64,000 nt of DNA from an uncultured archaeon (GTDB lineage: Archaea; Asgardarchaeota; Heimdallarchaeia; Heimdallarchaeales; Heimdallarchaeaceae): assembly GCA_964534625.1 (NCBI GenBank), contig CAZHRF010000009.1:12935-76934 (forward strand). The letters are read 5' to 3'. This document shows positions 38,775-48,107 of the stretch, piece after piece. The notes beneath the pieces were generated by a model. It was not told where the DNA came from. It was given only the letters and a program-made list of their open reading frames with translations, and did not search any database. Within the stretch, counting starts at the first letter, position 1. Each line of letters opens with the position of its first letter. A program made the position numbers and the translations under genes.

Positions 38775-40442
38775 ATGCATACTTTAAACTCATCAAAAAA
38801 AAATATTGAGAACATTTTTGATGAAGATAAACCTATATCCCACATTATTTTTTCACGTAAGACAGGGATTGTTGTTTCCTTTCTTTTGGTTCTATACCTC
38901 TTAAAAATACTGTATATACAAAACCTAAGTACGTATAGTAATTTATCCATTTTTCCAATATTTGTCATACTATCTTCTTTTTTAGGACTATTATTGACTA
39001 TCACGTCTCTTTTTTTATTTTTTTATCTATCCAAAACATCCGTAGAATGGCTTATCCTAAAGAAGACTTTTTTAATGATCTTTTTGTTAGGTTTTTTAGG
39101 CGCTTATTTAGCACTTCTTATGCAAGCTAGGTTTTTATTTGTAGTTCTGAATGTTAGTTTTATCAACCAGCTGCTAGGATTGTCTGATTCATTATCTTGG
39201 GGGTTCGAAATTGTTTTTTATACTGGATTTGTTCCTATTATTGAAGAATTCACCAAAATTTTTCCGTTGTTAATCCTCTGGAAAAATTATTGTCGGATTA
39301 AATATAAGGAAAAGGAAGTAAGATCATGGTTGGTTCCAACTCAAAGAATGTTCATTTTATACGGAGGACTTTTTGGTGCATGGTTTGATTTATTAGAGCA
39401 ATTTCTTGTTTTTTCAAGAAATTATGACATAACTAATCCTTATTCTTCAACCATTAGTTTCCTTGTAGAAAGGCGCACTCTCTACCCTCTTCATAGCAGT
39501 TTGTCAATGTTGGTTGCTTTTGGGATAGGTTATGTTTTTGTAAGAAGAAATAGCTTATCTGATAACAAAAAAAGGATGATCTTCCTAATACCATTTACTA
39601 TCGCTGTTTTATTCCATGCATGGTGGAATTATAATGTCTTCACTAAAAATAGGGTTTTAAGCAATCAGTCTTTCGTAATCTTAGGTTATATATCTATATT
39701 GCTCTTTGTTTTTATGCTCTGTTGGTTACTATTCAAAAAACCAGTTATATGTGCTCATTGTTACTCTGAACATAAAAAATATCCTTGTCAAGATATATCT
39801 TATACCGAGGTTCAGCAAATACAAGCCAAAAAATTATCAGCTGGTATTGAAAAGGAATTAATGAAATGTCCTGTCTGTAACACACGTAACTTTGATGGTA
39901 CTGTTTGTTCAAGTTGTTGGTCTTATCCTAAACTTCAATGTAATAATTGTAATCAAGTTATACCTGCTTACATGAATTTATGCTGGGCATGTGGTAAGGA
40001 AACAACTAGTTTATATGATAAAATGGTGATGACCGCACCTCCTGTTCATGTAACGCTCTCTGTTGTAATAACAAGGTTGTTAACAATAACCATATTGACT
40101 GGTTTCTTATTAAGCTTAACAGATTTTGAAAGTACAATATCCGCTATGGGGTCTTCTATTTTCTATCTTCTGATATTGGTTTCTTTTTCTATCACAGTTA
40201 TATGGTATGGCATTGAAAAACAAAAAGTTAAATCAATGATCTTATCAATATCTATTGCAACAATTTTTACTCTTACTTTAATAACAACAGGATTATACAC
40301 GATATTTCTAGGCGTTATATTGGTTTTAGCAAACAATTTTTATACTGGTTTTTTAGGAATTATAATAACTGGGATTATGTTTTGTGTTTGTATAAAATTT
40401 CTTAAGGCATCAATGAGGGGCGCGAGATTAATTCTTGAGTAG
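38775..40442 (+). CDS. PrsW-family intramembrane glutamic metalloprotease fused to zinc ribbons and extra TM helices
   Basis: EEFTK (EExxK), FDLLE (FxxxE), PLH, HAWWN (HxxxN); CAHC, CPVC..CSSC, CNNC..CWAC. Confidence 0.8.
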   Translation: MHTLNSSKKNIENIFDEDKPISHIIFSRKTGIVVSFLLVLYLLKILYIQNLSTYSNLSIFPIFVILSSFLGLLLTITSLFLFFYLSKTSVEWLILKKTFLMIFLLGFLGAYLALLMQARFLFVVLNVSFINQLLGLSDSLSWGFEIVFYTGFVPIIEEFTKIFPLLILWKNYCRIKYKEKEVRSWLVPTQRMFILYGGLFGAWFDLLEQFLVFSRNYDITNPYSSTISFLVERRTLYPLHSSLSMLVAFGIGYVFVRRNSLSDNKKRMIFLIPFTIAVLFHAWWNYNVFTKNRVLSNQSFVILGYISILLFVFMLCWLLFKKPVICAHCYSEHKKYPCQDISYTEVQQIQAKKLSAGIEKELMKCPVCNTRNFDGTVCSSCWSYPKLQCNNCNQVIPAYMNLCWACGKETTSLYDKMVMTAPPVHVTLSVVITRLLTITILTGFLLSLTDFESTISAMGSSIFYLLILVSFSITVIWYGIEKQKVKSMILSISIATIFTLTLITTGLYTIFLGVILVLANNFYTGFLGIIITGIMFCVCIKFLKASMRGARLILE

Positions 40443-40450
40443 ATGATATA

Positions 40451-41446
40451 ATGATTGTTAAAACTCGTAATAAACAAAACTGGTTTCAAAGATTGAAAAA
40501 CCAAATAAAGCTCTTTATTCAAAGGGAATATTTAAAACATTTTAAGAATCGTGGGACTAGAGAATATACTCACAATCTTTTATTACGTTCTTCAATTTAT
40601 TTTTGCATTACTTATGGGCTTATAATTCTTCTTAGTTATATTATATTATTTAGTCCTAGTGAAACAAATCCTCTCTTTAATTTCTTTGGAGGCGATATAA
40701 TGAATCTCATTTGGTCACCAGATCAGATCTTTTTATTACCATTTTATTTCTCTTTTAGTGTTGAGGACATGTTTAATATGATCAACACTATGATCTTTAC
40801 GATCCTGTTTCCTAATTTTATCGCTGGTGTTTTTTGTGGCATCATGTGGGGAGACGAGTCTCAGGATGTGGTTCTAACGAGCCCTCTCATTTCTAGTCTG
40901 CTGTTTGTCTTTATTGGTTTCACTCAATATATCGTTGGAATGATTATATCTTTTGGGTCAAACCTACTTTTTGTGTCTATGTATGTTATGCTATTGCTTA
41001 CTTGGTGCTTACTTTTTACTGTTTTTAGCTTGACAAGTGGATTTTTAGGTAGTATAACCGGAAAAAGTTTAACAAATTTCATTACATCAAGAAAAGGATC
41101 AAAAATTGCATATTCTGCACTCATGCTTCCTGAAATGCCTCTTACGGTAAAAACAATTTTTGATAGAGTTGAAATTAAAAATCAATTATTATCCCAATCT
41201 GGAAAATCTATGACAATGGTTTCCTTAAATCGAAGAATAGAACAAACTTTTAATCAAAAAAGAAACGAAAGTATTTGTCCTTATTTTGTTGACAATAAAT
41301 GTTCCTATTTGGGATATTTAACTGCAGGACATCGTCTTCAAATATGTAAAAGTACTACTTGGCGTTTTTGTAGGGTATATGCTTTTATTGTGCAAGGGTC
41401 AAAAATAATGGAAAAAGCAAACAGGGGTGATTCAAATGTCCAATAA
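40451..41446 (+). CDS. Polytopic membrane protein with C-terminal four-Cys cluster
   Basis: About 4-5 TM helices; CPYFVDNKC...C.......C; operonic spacing. Confidence 0.7.
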   Translation: MIVKTRNKQNWFQRLKNQIKLFIQREYLKHFKNRGTREYTHNLLLRSSIYFCITYGLIILLSYIILFSPSETNPLFNFFGGDIMNLIWSPDQIFLLPFYFSFSVEDMFNMINTMIFTILFPNFIAGVFCGIMWGDESQDVVLTSPLISSLLFVFIGFTQYIVGMIISFGSNLLFVSMYVMLLLTWCLLFTVFSLTSGFLGSITGKSLTNFITSRKGSKIAYSALMLPEMPLTVKTIFDRVEIKNQLLSQSGKSMTMVSLNRRIEQTFNQKRNESICPYFVDNKCSYLGYLTAGHRLQICKSTTWRFCRVYAFIVQGSKIMEKANRGDSNVQ

Positions 41447-42224
41447 CAAGAATTCAATACCAATATGGAAAATTATTCTACTTGTAGCTTGTGTTGTAAT
41501 TTTTGTTGTAAGTAACAGTAATCAAGAAACTTATGTAAGCATTGATGATATCACCCAATCAACATTAGAGATTGTAACCAGAACAACCCAAGAAACAGAT
41601 TACACGCCACCTACAACAGAAACTCCCTTTTCTCCTCCCCCGACTCCTACTGGGATAACCTCTCCTACCGTAACCCCTGGTTCAGGTTCACTTTTACCAG
41701 AGAATCTTATTCCTTTATTCATAGTTTTCATGCTTATTCTGCTTATTCTCTTTCTGTTTGTACGGCGGAAAAAAGAATCAGACAAGTACGCTGGATTAGT
41801 AAGAAAAAATTTGCTTGATACAGAGACACAAATGAAACGAGAAAAATTCACAAGAGAGCTAAAATCGCTTGTAACTGTATTGTTTGAATATCTAGAAAGA
41901 AACAGATATTGTGAGGGGATTATTTTTGGTTTTCATAATCTTGATGTAAATATGCGAAAGATTTTGGGAAAAAAAAGAGACTTAAATCTCACCCCAAAAG
42001 AATTCGCAGAATCACTTGATCTTCCAGATATTATTATTCATTTAAAGGAAATAACGGAAATATTCTATCGTGCAAGGTATAAACAAGAAGAGATGAAAGA
42101 ACAAGACCTAGCTCAATTCATTGAAGAATTTAAGACGATGAGAGAAAAAAGTCAAAGTTCGAGTGATATCAGTATTATAGACTACAAAGAAGATAATGCA
42201 GAAGAGGAGATTAGAAATGATTAA
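41427..42224 (+). CDS. DUF4129-domain membrane protein with Thr/Pro-rich linker
   Basis: Signal/TM, PT-rich segment, TM, then LTPKEFA..EITEIFYRARY. Confidence 0.7.
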   Translation: MIQMSNNKNSIPIWKIILLVACVVIFVVSNSNQETYVSIDDITQSTLEIVTRTTQETDYTPPTTETPFSPPPTPTGITSPTVTPGSGSLLPENLIPLFIVFMLILLILFLFVRRKKESDKYAGLVRKNLLDTETQMKREKFTRELKSLVTVLFEYLERNRYCEGIIFGFHNLDVNMRKILGKKRDLNLTPKEFAESLDLPDIIIHLKEITEIFYRARYKQEEMKEQDLAQFIEEFKTMREKSQSSSDISIIDYKEDNAEEEIRND

Positions 42225-43524
42225 AAAATTAACAATGCTTTTTCATCCCAGATATTCCCCCGTATTTAAAACAATAATTCAAACACTTTTCATTCTTATT
42301 GTGGCCATCTTACCATTGACTATTAATCTTATTATTAATCCCCCGCCCTATACAATTACAAGCCAAGAAGAAAGTGGATATTCTGCTTTTAATAATAGGC
42401 TGCAAGAATCAGGATTCAACACAACTAGAACACTATTGGCTTTAGATCCCATCTTGACCCTACCTCCTGGTTCCCTTTTAATAATCTCTGGGATCTCTAA
42501 ACGTTATAGTGATGCAGAGTTACTTATGCTTGATAGTTTTGTTTCCACGGGTGGTGTCTTGTTTATAATCGCAGATTCTTATTATTCAGCTAGGATTGCT
42601 TCGTATTTTGGGGTTTATGTATCAAACGCAATAATACTAGAAACCAACCCCAATATGACAGTTAAGTCGCCAGACACCATTTTGTTACCGTCTCCACCAC
42701 TACTTCCAAATAGTTCTTTATGTATGATTCGCCCAAAAGAAATTACGGGCTCATCTATGCAACTAACGAGTGAATTTAGTTTAACAACGTCTAGTACTGC
42801 ATTTCTTGATGTAGATGGTGATGGGATATGGACCGAGGGTAGAGATGAGTGGACACCAAAAAAAAGAGTTGTAGGTGCCATATATTCTTTTAAAGATCCT
42901 CAACGTTTAGGTAAACTGGTTGTACTGACAAGTTCTAGTTTTCTAACAAATGATCTGTATTATAAAGGATATTCCAATATCAATTTAACAATTACCCTCT
43001 TTAACCAATTTTTTTCTCGAGGTGATACGATCATCTGTTTCGAGGAAAGTCATAAGGGGTGGCCGATTACGTCAACTGATGGGTTTATTAATCAAGGGTA
43101 TGGATATATAATTTATTTATCACGGACTAAATTTTTTATTTTAAGCATAATTCTTTTAGTGATTGTTATTTTTATTATTACACCAAGATTCAATTTACTT
43201 TTTCAGCAATCTAATACATATAAACAGTTTTTACAAGATAAAATATGGAATAGAGAGCGAGCGCTTTATGACACATTTGCTGTAACTGTTCAACCAACCG
43301 TAGAAGAATCTACATTATCCACACTCTACTTCCAATGGGAGCTTCTTGGAGACCAAATATATAATGAACTATTAAAGAAAAAATTGGGGTATATACCCAC
43401 GAAAATTATATCTGATGATGAAATAGAAAAATATCGAAGCATATTACAACAAAGGATAGATCATTCAACTTTTATGATGTTATTTGAAGAGTTAGAAAAA
43501 ATTCAAAGCAGGAGACAGATATAA
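42217..43524 (+). CDS. DUF4350-like domain membrane protein (ORF track start 42196)
   Basis: GYSAF, FVSTGGVLFIIAD, GKLVVLTSSSFLTND, FEESH; flanking TMs; upstream of moxR. Confidence 0.7.
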   Translation: MIKKLTMLFHPRYSPVFKTIIQTLFILIVAILPLTINLIINPPPYTITSQEESGYSAFNNRLQESGFNTTRTLLALDPILTLPPGSLLIISGISKRYSDAELLMLDSFVSTGGVLFIIADSYYSARIASYFGVYVSNAIILETNPNMTVKSPDTILLPSPPLLPNSSLCMIRPKEITGSSMQLTSEFSLTTSSTAFLDVDGDGIWTEGRDEWTPKKRVVGAIYSFKDPQRLGKLVVLTSSSFLTNDLYYKGYSNINLTITLFNQFFSRGDTIICFEESHKGWPITSTDGFINQGYGYIIYLSRTKFFILSIILLVIVIFIITPRFNLLFQQSNTYKQFLQDKIWNRERALYDTFAVTVQPTVEESTLSTLYFQWELLGDQIYNELLKKKLGYIPTKIISDDEIEKYRSILQQRIDHSTFMMLFEELEKIQSRRQI

Positions 43525-44466
43525 ATGGATATAGAAAAAGGTAAAACCATATTTGAACGAATTATGAAAGAGATGAGAAAAAGGATTGTAGGGAACGATT
43601 CGGTAATTGAATTGCTCTTTGCAACTATGTTGGCAAACGGACACGTGTTACTTGAAGGTGTTCCTGGAATTGCAAAAACGTTGATGGCAAGTACTCTTGC
43701 GGAAGTAATTGATGCAAACTTTAAACGAATCCAGTATACACCTGATATGTTACCGGCAGATATAACTGGTGGTCTAGTACTCGATCGAAAGATAAATGAG
43801 TTCAAGTTTATGCGTGGACCTCTTTTTACTAATATTTTATTGGCGGATGAAATTAATCGAACCCCACCAAAAACTCAAGCTGCCCTTCTAGAGGCCATGC
43901 AAGAAAGACAAGTATCAATAGGTACTCAGACTTATACTTTACCAAATCCTTTTTTTGTGATAGCTACACAAAATCCAATAGAAAGTACTGGTGTTTATCC
44001 TTTACCTGAGGCACAAATTGACCGTTTTCTTGTTAAAATACCTGTATTTCATCCCAGTTTGGATGATGAAATAATAATGCTGAAAATGAAACGAGAAAAG
44101 ATGTTTGCAGATGTAAATAAGGTGGTTGATGTTCAAACAATCTTACACCTTAGGCAGTTAATTGAAAAGGAAATTGTGGTTAGCGACCAGATTTTAGAAT
44201 ATATTGCAAAACTAGTCAATGCCACACGTGATGTACCTTCGCTTTCTTTAGGTGCTAGTCCACGTGGTTCTATAGCTTTGCTTAATCTTAGTCGTTCTAT
44301 AGCTGCAATTAGAGGTAGAAATTATGTTGAACCAGATGATATTAAAGACATTTTCTATCCAATAATGAATCATAGGCTTATCTTATCTCCTGATGCGGAA
44401 ATTGAACAAATTAGGATAGAAGAAATAATATCTACTATTTTAACAAAAGTTGAAGTTGTAATTTAA
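43525..44466 (+). CDS. moxR: MoxR family AAA+ ATPase (module 1)
   Basis: GHVLLEGVPGIAKT, RIQYTPDMLPADITG, LLADEINRTPPKTQAALLEAM, ATQNP, YPLPEAQIDRF, GASPR. Confidence 0.95.
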   Translation: MDIEKGKTIFERIMKEMRKRIVGNDSVIELLFATMLANGHVLLEGVPGIAKTLMASTLAEVIDANFKRIQYTPDMLPADITGGLVLDRKINEFKFMRGPLFTNILLADEINRTPPKTQAALLEAMQERQVSIGTQTYTLPNPFFVIATQNPIESTGVYPLPEAQIDRFLVKIPVFHPSLDDEIIMLKMKREKMFADVNKVVDVQTILHLRQLIEKEIVVSDQILEYIAKLVNATRDVPSLSLGASPRGSIALLNLSRSIAAIRGRNYVEPDDIKDIFYPIMNHRLILSPDAEIEQIRIEEIISTILTKVEVVI

Positions 44467-44475
44467 GGTGCAAAC

Positions 44476-45840
44476 ATGGAAGAGCGGAATTTTAAGTTAA
44501 CAAGACTGGGAAAGTCTATATTATTAGTAAGTACTCTCCTTCTTATTACTGGGTTGTTAATAGAAAATTATTTTTTGGTAATACCTGGTAGTATTTTATT
44601 TATTCTTCTCTGTTCAACTTTCTTTAATTACTTCTATTTTCATTCAGTGGCACTTACTGTTAAAATTAAGCTATCAAAGGAATATATACGAAATAGGGCA
44701 TTACTAGCTGTTGTAGTTAATATTACAAATCCAAGTGATAGATCTATCATTATTAAAGCAAAATTGAATTGTTCGTATCATTTTATTCCAATAGATACTC
44801 CTAATACAATTCATTGTACTGTGACGCCTAATTCAACCATAAAAAAAGGGTGGTATTTACTTGCTTCAAGAAGAGGTAATGCATTAGTTGGACCAATTAC
44901 TGTTTCTTATGGTTTGTTTCAAACTCTATTTGTAAATGAAATAATAATAGGAACAGAGCAGAGAATTAAGATTTTACCTATGAGACCAAGAATACAAGTA
45001 CCTTGGAAAACAAAAAAAGATCTCTTATTGAAAATGGTAAACGAATTTGCACAAAGGATTAAAGGTCAAGGTGATGAATTTTTTGCATTACGTGATTATC
45101 AACCAGGAGATGAGTTTAGGCATATCGCTTGGTATGCCACAGCAAAACGTGGGGATTTGATAACAAAAGAGTTTGAAGATTTGAAAAATCTTCATTTTTT
45201 GATTTATCTTGATCTCGGAAGCACAATGTTTGGTCCTAAATTTGATTGTGCGTTATCTTCTATTGTAGAGCTCACTAACTTAATTAAAGGAACGAGTCAT
45301 GATCTCGCGGTTATTGCCTACTCCTCGACCGTAAAACGGTTTATTGTCCCACAAGTGGGTATTAATGAATTAAAACTAATGCTAAATCTTTATGACTTAG
45401 AACCATCGGGAGTAAGTAGCAATTTTTTTGAAGCGGTAAAGTTTACCCAAACACAGAAATTATACCATTCAATTGCAATAATCTTTTCAGATTTGGATGG
45501 GGATATCCTTAGGAAAGTAAATGGTTTGCAGTATCTATCTAATATGGATAGCAGAATAATCTTTGTTAATTTTGCAACATCTGATTTTAATATATTAGCT
45601 TCTGAAAATTATAAAAATATGACCCAGTTTAAAGACTATGATGATGTATTAAATATAATATTTCCGAGCTTAGTTGAAGATGAGTATTCTAGGCGAAAAA
45701 AGGAAATAAAACGAATATTAAGCCCAATTGGCGGCGATTATGTTGAAATTAATGGGTATGATGATAATATAATACTAGCGTTATATAGATTGATGAAAAA
45801 ATATGTTCATGTGCCAAGAATAGTAAAAAGAAAAGTGTGA
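44476..45840 (+). CDS. DUF58 (vWA-like) protein, module 1
   Basis: G.GDEFFALRDYQPGDEFRHIAWYATAK...TKEFE; N-terminal TMs; degenerate MIDAS DLGST. Confidence 0.88.
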   Translation: MEERNFKLTRLGKSILLVSTLLLITGLLIENYFLVIPGSILFILLCSTFFNYFYFHSVALTVKIKLSKEYIRNRALLAVVVNITNPSDRSIIIKAKLNCSYHFIPIDTPNTIHCTVTPNSTIKKGWYLLASRRGNALVGPITVSYGLFQTLFVNEIIIGTEQRIKILPMRPRIQVPWKTKKDLLLKMVNEFAQRIKGQGDEFFALRDYQPGDEFRHIAWYATAKRGDLITKEFEDLKNLHFLIYLDLGSTMFGPKFDCALSSIVELTNLIKGTSHDLAVIAYSSTVKRFIVPQVGINELKLMLNLYDLEPSGVSSNFFEAVKFTQTQKLYHSIAIIFSDLDGDILRKVNGLQYLSNMDSRIIFVNFATSDFNILASENYKNMTQFKDYDDVLNIIFPSLVEDEYSRRKKEIKRILSPIGGDYVEINGYDDNIILALYRLMKKYVHVPRIVKRKV

Positions 45841-45844
45841 TGAG

Positions 45845-46666
45845 ATGAGAATAACAGATACAGGATTTGAGACAGATTGGGATAAGGAAACTTTGTTACC
45901 AAAAGGAGCAAAAATTCTTTTATTTTTTCATCATTGTTTTTCTATACTTGCTCTAGCCTTGATCATATACCAAAGTGCTATAAGTCTTAATATATTATTG
46001 TTCACCTTGTGGTTAATAATTGCTTTAGTAATGGTTTTCATTGATATATTAAGTGGTCAAGAAATAAAACTGGAAAATGAAGTGGGTATAGGAGTCTTAA
46101 TTGTTTTTGGAGCGGGCATATCAGTTATTATAGCGAATGCTGATTCTATGTTCTTTGTTGCATTGTTAGAGAGAATAGAATTACTAGTTATCCAAATCTT
46201 TTCTGGTTTATTCTTGTCGTTTAGACTTATCATTGCATTCTACTATAACGAGATATTTTCTAATCGCTATTCAGTAATAAAAGCAAAAAGTTCCTATTCT
46301 AGAGAACAGCTTGAATTATACAAAATGAATTTATATGAAACAGACTTTGAATTTGATCATAGTTCAATGAATATTCAAATCGGATATTGGTTGCGTTTAT
46401 CAAAACCATTGATTTGGTCTTCATTATTATTGGCATTTTTTACCTCTCTTGGTGTTCTTTATGCCCTTCTTATTTATCTAATGACACCTGAAACTGCTTT
46501 GGCACAGTTTGCTCCAAGACCCGCTTTGATTATTCTAACATTGTTGTTGTCTATATTACTATTCAGAATAATAAAAACGCTACCTGAAATTGAGAATCGT
46601 TATAAAAAAGAAAGGGAGGAAGTAAACCAAAGAAATGAAATCGCTAGAGAAGATTCCTCTTTTTAG
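45845..46666 (+). CDS. Polytopic membrane protein (about 6 TM)
   Basis: Multiple hydrophobic helices; last gene of module 1. Confidence 0.7.
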   Translation: MRITDTGFETDWDKETLLPKGAKILLFFHHCFSILALALIIYQSAISLNILLFTLWLIIALVMVFIDILSGQEIKLENEVGIGVLIVFGAGISVIIANADSMFFVALLERIELLVIQIFSGLFLSFRLIIAFYYNEIFSNRYSVIKAKSSYSREQLELYKMNLYETDFEFDHSSMNIQIGYWLRLSKPLIWSSLLLAFFTSLGVLYALLIYLMTPETALAQFAPRPALIILTLLLSILLFRIIKTLPEIENRYKKEREEVNQRNEIAREDSSF

Positions 46667-46852
46667 ATGTGAGTCAATTTTTTGACAAATTGTTTTTTTC
46701 TTTATTATCATATATCAGTTACTATCAAAACTCATCCTAATTCTGACAGAACAGACGTCTAGCTGCGTTTACTATGACATCTCTTTTTACTAGTCTATCT
46801 TCTTGAAAGCCCTGTCCTTGGGGGTGGGGATGAAAAGAAGAAAAACGATACC

Positions 46853-46866
46853 AAGTTTAAACATAC
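46853..46866 (+). promoter_or_regulatory. Putative BRE/TATA promoter inside element copy B
   Basis: AAGTTTAAACATAC, positionally conserved with copy A. Confidence 0.5.
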
Positions 46867-47067
46867 AACCATTTTGTAAGTATGATGTCTTTGTGTACGT
46901 GTTTTGGTACCATCTCGAAAACCAAGAGTGGTACGAGACAAAAAGAAAAAGATGGAAGTAGAAGATAGGGGGTACACATTAAACAATAATAATGGGTATA
47001 CGTATCTACCTAAGTAAGGGTATTGAGGACTTCCGATGTAGAGTCGATACATTGTGTGTACTAGAAC

Positions 47068-47186
47068 TATGTACTGTCGGGACGACAGGAACTATAGACG
47101 ACGCTTGTGAGGAAGAAGTAAGCCCTCATTTTGAGGCTACTTCGTTGAAGCAAGAAACCATCTGCCTTTAGGCAGTGGTAGTTCAT
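47068..47186 (+). ncRNA. TnpB-type omega RNA (reRNA) scaffold in element copy B
   Basis: CTGTCGGGACGACAG hairpin, ACGCTTGTG, CCTCA/TGAGG stem, TGAAGCAAGAA, terminal hairpin, TTCAT; one frame reads TVGTTGT..ACEEEVSP, typical of TnpB C-terminal tails overlapping the RNA. Confidence 0.7.
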
Positions 47187-47879
47187 TCATTCATCCTTTT
47201 TTTCTTTTAACTCTTCTAAAGTCAACTCTTTTCCACAAGACTTGTCTCCTTCTGGACAATAACCAAAGAATTCACAGAATGCACCTGTTTCTTTAAATAA
47301 TGTCGGGGCAACTTTCCTTACTTCTTTTAACATTTTGATTGCTAGCGTACGTATCTCTTTCTGAGCTCGTGTGCATATCCTTCTAGCAAAAAATTCAATT
47401 AGGGCATGTGCGTTCATAGATAAAATTAGTTGAGTTGATGTGGCATTGGGAAGTATGTAACGGGCATCTTCTTTAGGAATATTGTTATTAATCATTTTTT
47501 GATAAAAATTGAATAATGCCTCTGAAATGTTTTTATATTCGTCGTAAAAATCAGAATTTTTTATTTTATCAGGTATAACCACCTTAAAGTTTTCTGCGTT
47601 AACGTATCTTTGTGATTGTTGAGAAAAACTCGCAATTCTTTTTCTAACCAATTGATGACTACATACGCGGCTAATTCCTGAGATATAAAAGACAAAACTA
47701 TTATGTTCAATGATTGATAAGTGACCCGATTTTATTATTTTTTGAAGATATTCAGAACTTTTTCTATTTGCATTGTTTTTTATATCCTTTAAAAACTGAT
47801 CTCCTGAATAACATATCACTCCTGCCATTTTAGCTATTAATTCGCTTTCTTCAGGATAAGAGATTAGATGAACTTCCAT
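47187..47879 (-). CDS. thyX: FAD-dependent thymidylate synthase
   Basis: GHLSIIEH, ISRVCSHQLVRKRIASFSQQSQRY, EDARYILP, R....AQKEIR. Confidence 0.95.
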   Translation of the reverse strand: MEVHLISYPEESELIAKMAGVICYSGDQFLKDIKNNANRKSSEYLQKIIKSGHLSIIEHNSFVFYISGISRVCSHQLVRKRIASFSQQSQRYVNAENFKVVIPDKIKNSDFYDEYKNISEALFNFYQKMINNNIPKEDARYILPNATSTQLILSMNAHALIEFFARRICTRAQKEIRTLAIKMLKEVRKVAPTLFKETGAFCEFFGYCPEGDKSCGKELTLEELKEKKDE

Positions 47880-48107
47880 ATTTATTAACTCTTTTAGTAT
47901 TGTATATTAATCAACCCCGAATGCATTATAAAAACGTATAGAAAAAAAGCAAACTCTAAGAGTGAGTTAAATTGATATATTTTAGACATCTATATATATG
48001 AGAAGTCTCATTCTAAAAGTAGCAAAAAACTTTAAATCATGTGCATTATAATACAATAATAAGCGTTTGATTATTGTCATAATAATAAACAAGAATGAGG
48101 AACATAG

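Larger units (their letters stand above)
46791..47186 (+). mobile_element. Non-autonomous IS200/IS605-family element (PATE-like), copy B
   Basis: TTAC (46787-46790) + 15 nt + AAAG + left-end hairpin, the same geometry as the IS608 left end; right end GAAA..CTGCCTTTAGGCAG..GTTCAT; homologous to 9286-9678. Confidence 0.85.

Noticed and set aside
46795-47052. 85-aa minus-strand ORF (and a 59-aa plus-strand ORF) inside element copy B as tnpA/tnpB remnants
   Set aside because: No HUH, RuvC or Zn-finger motifs; frames are broken in copy A. Only the RNA-overlapping tail resembles TnpB C-termini
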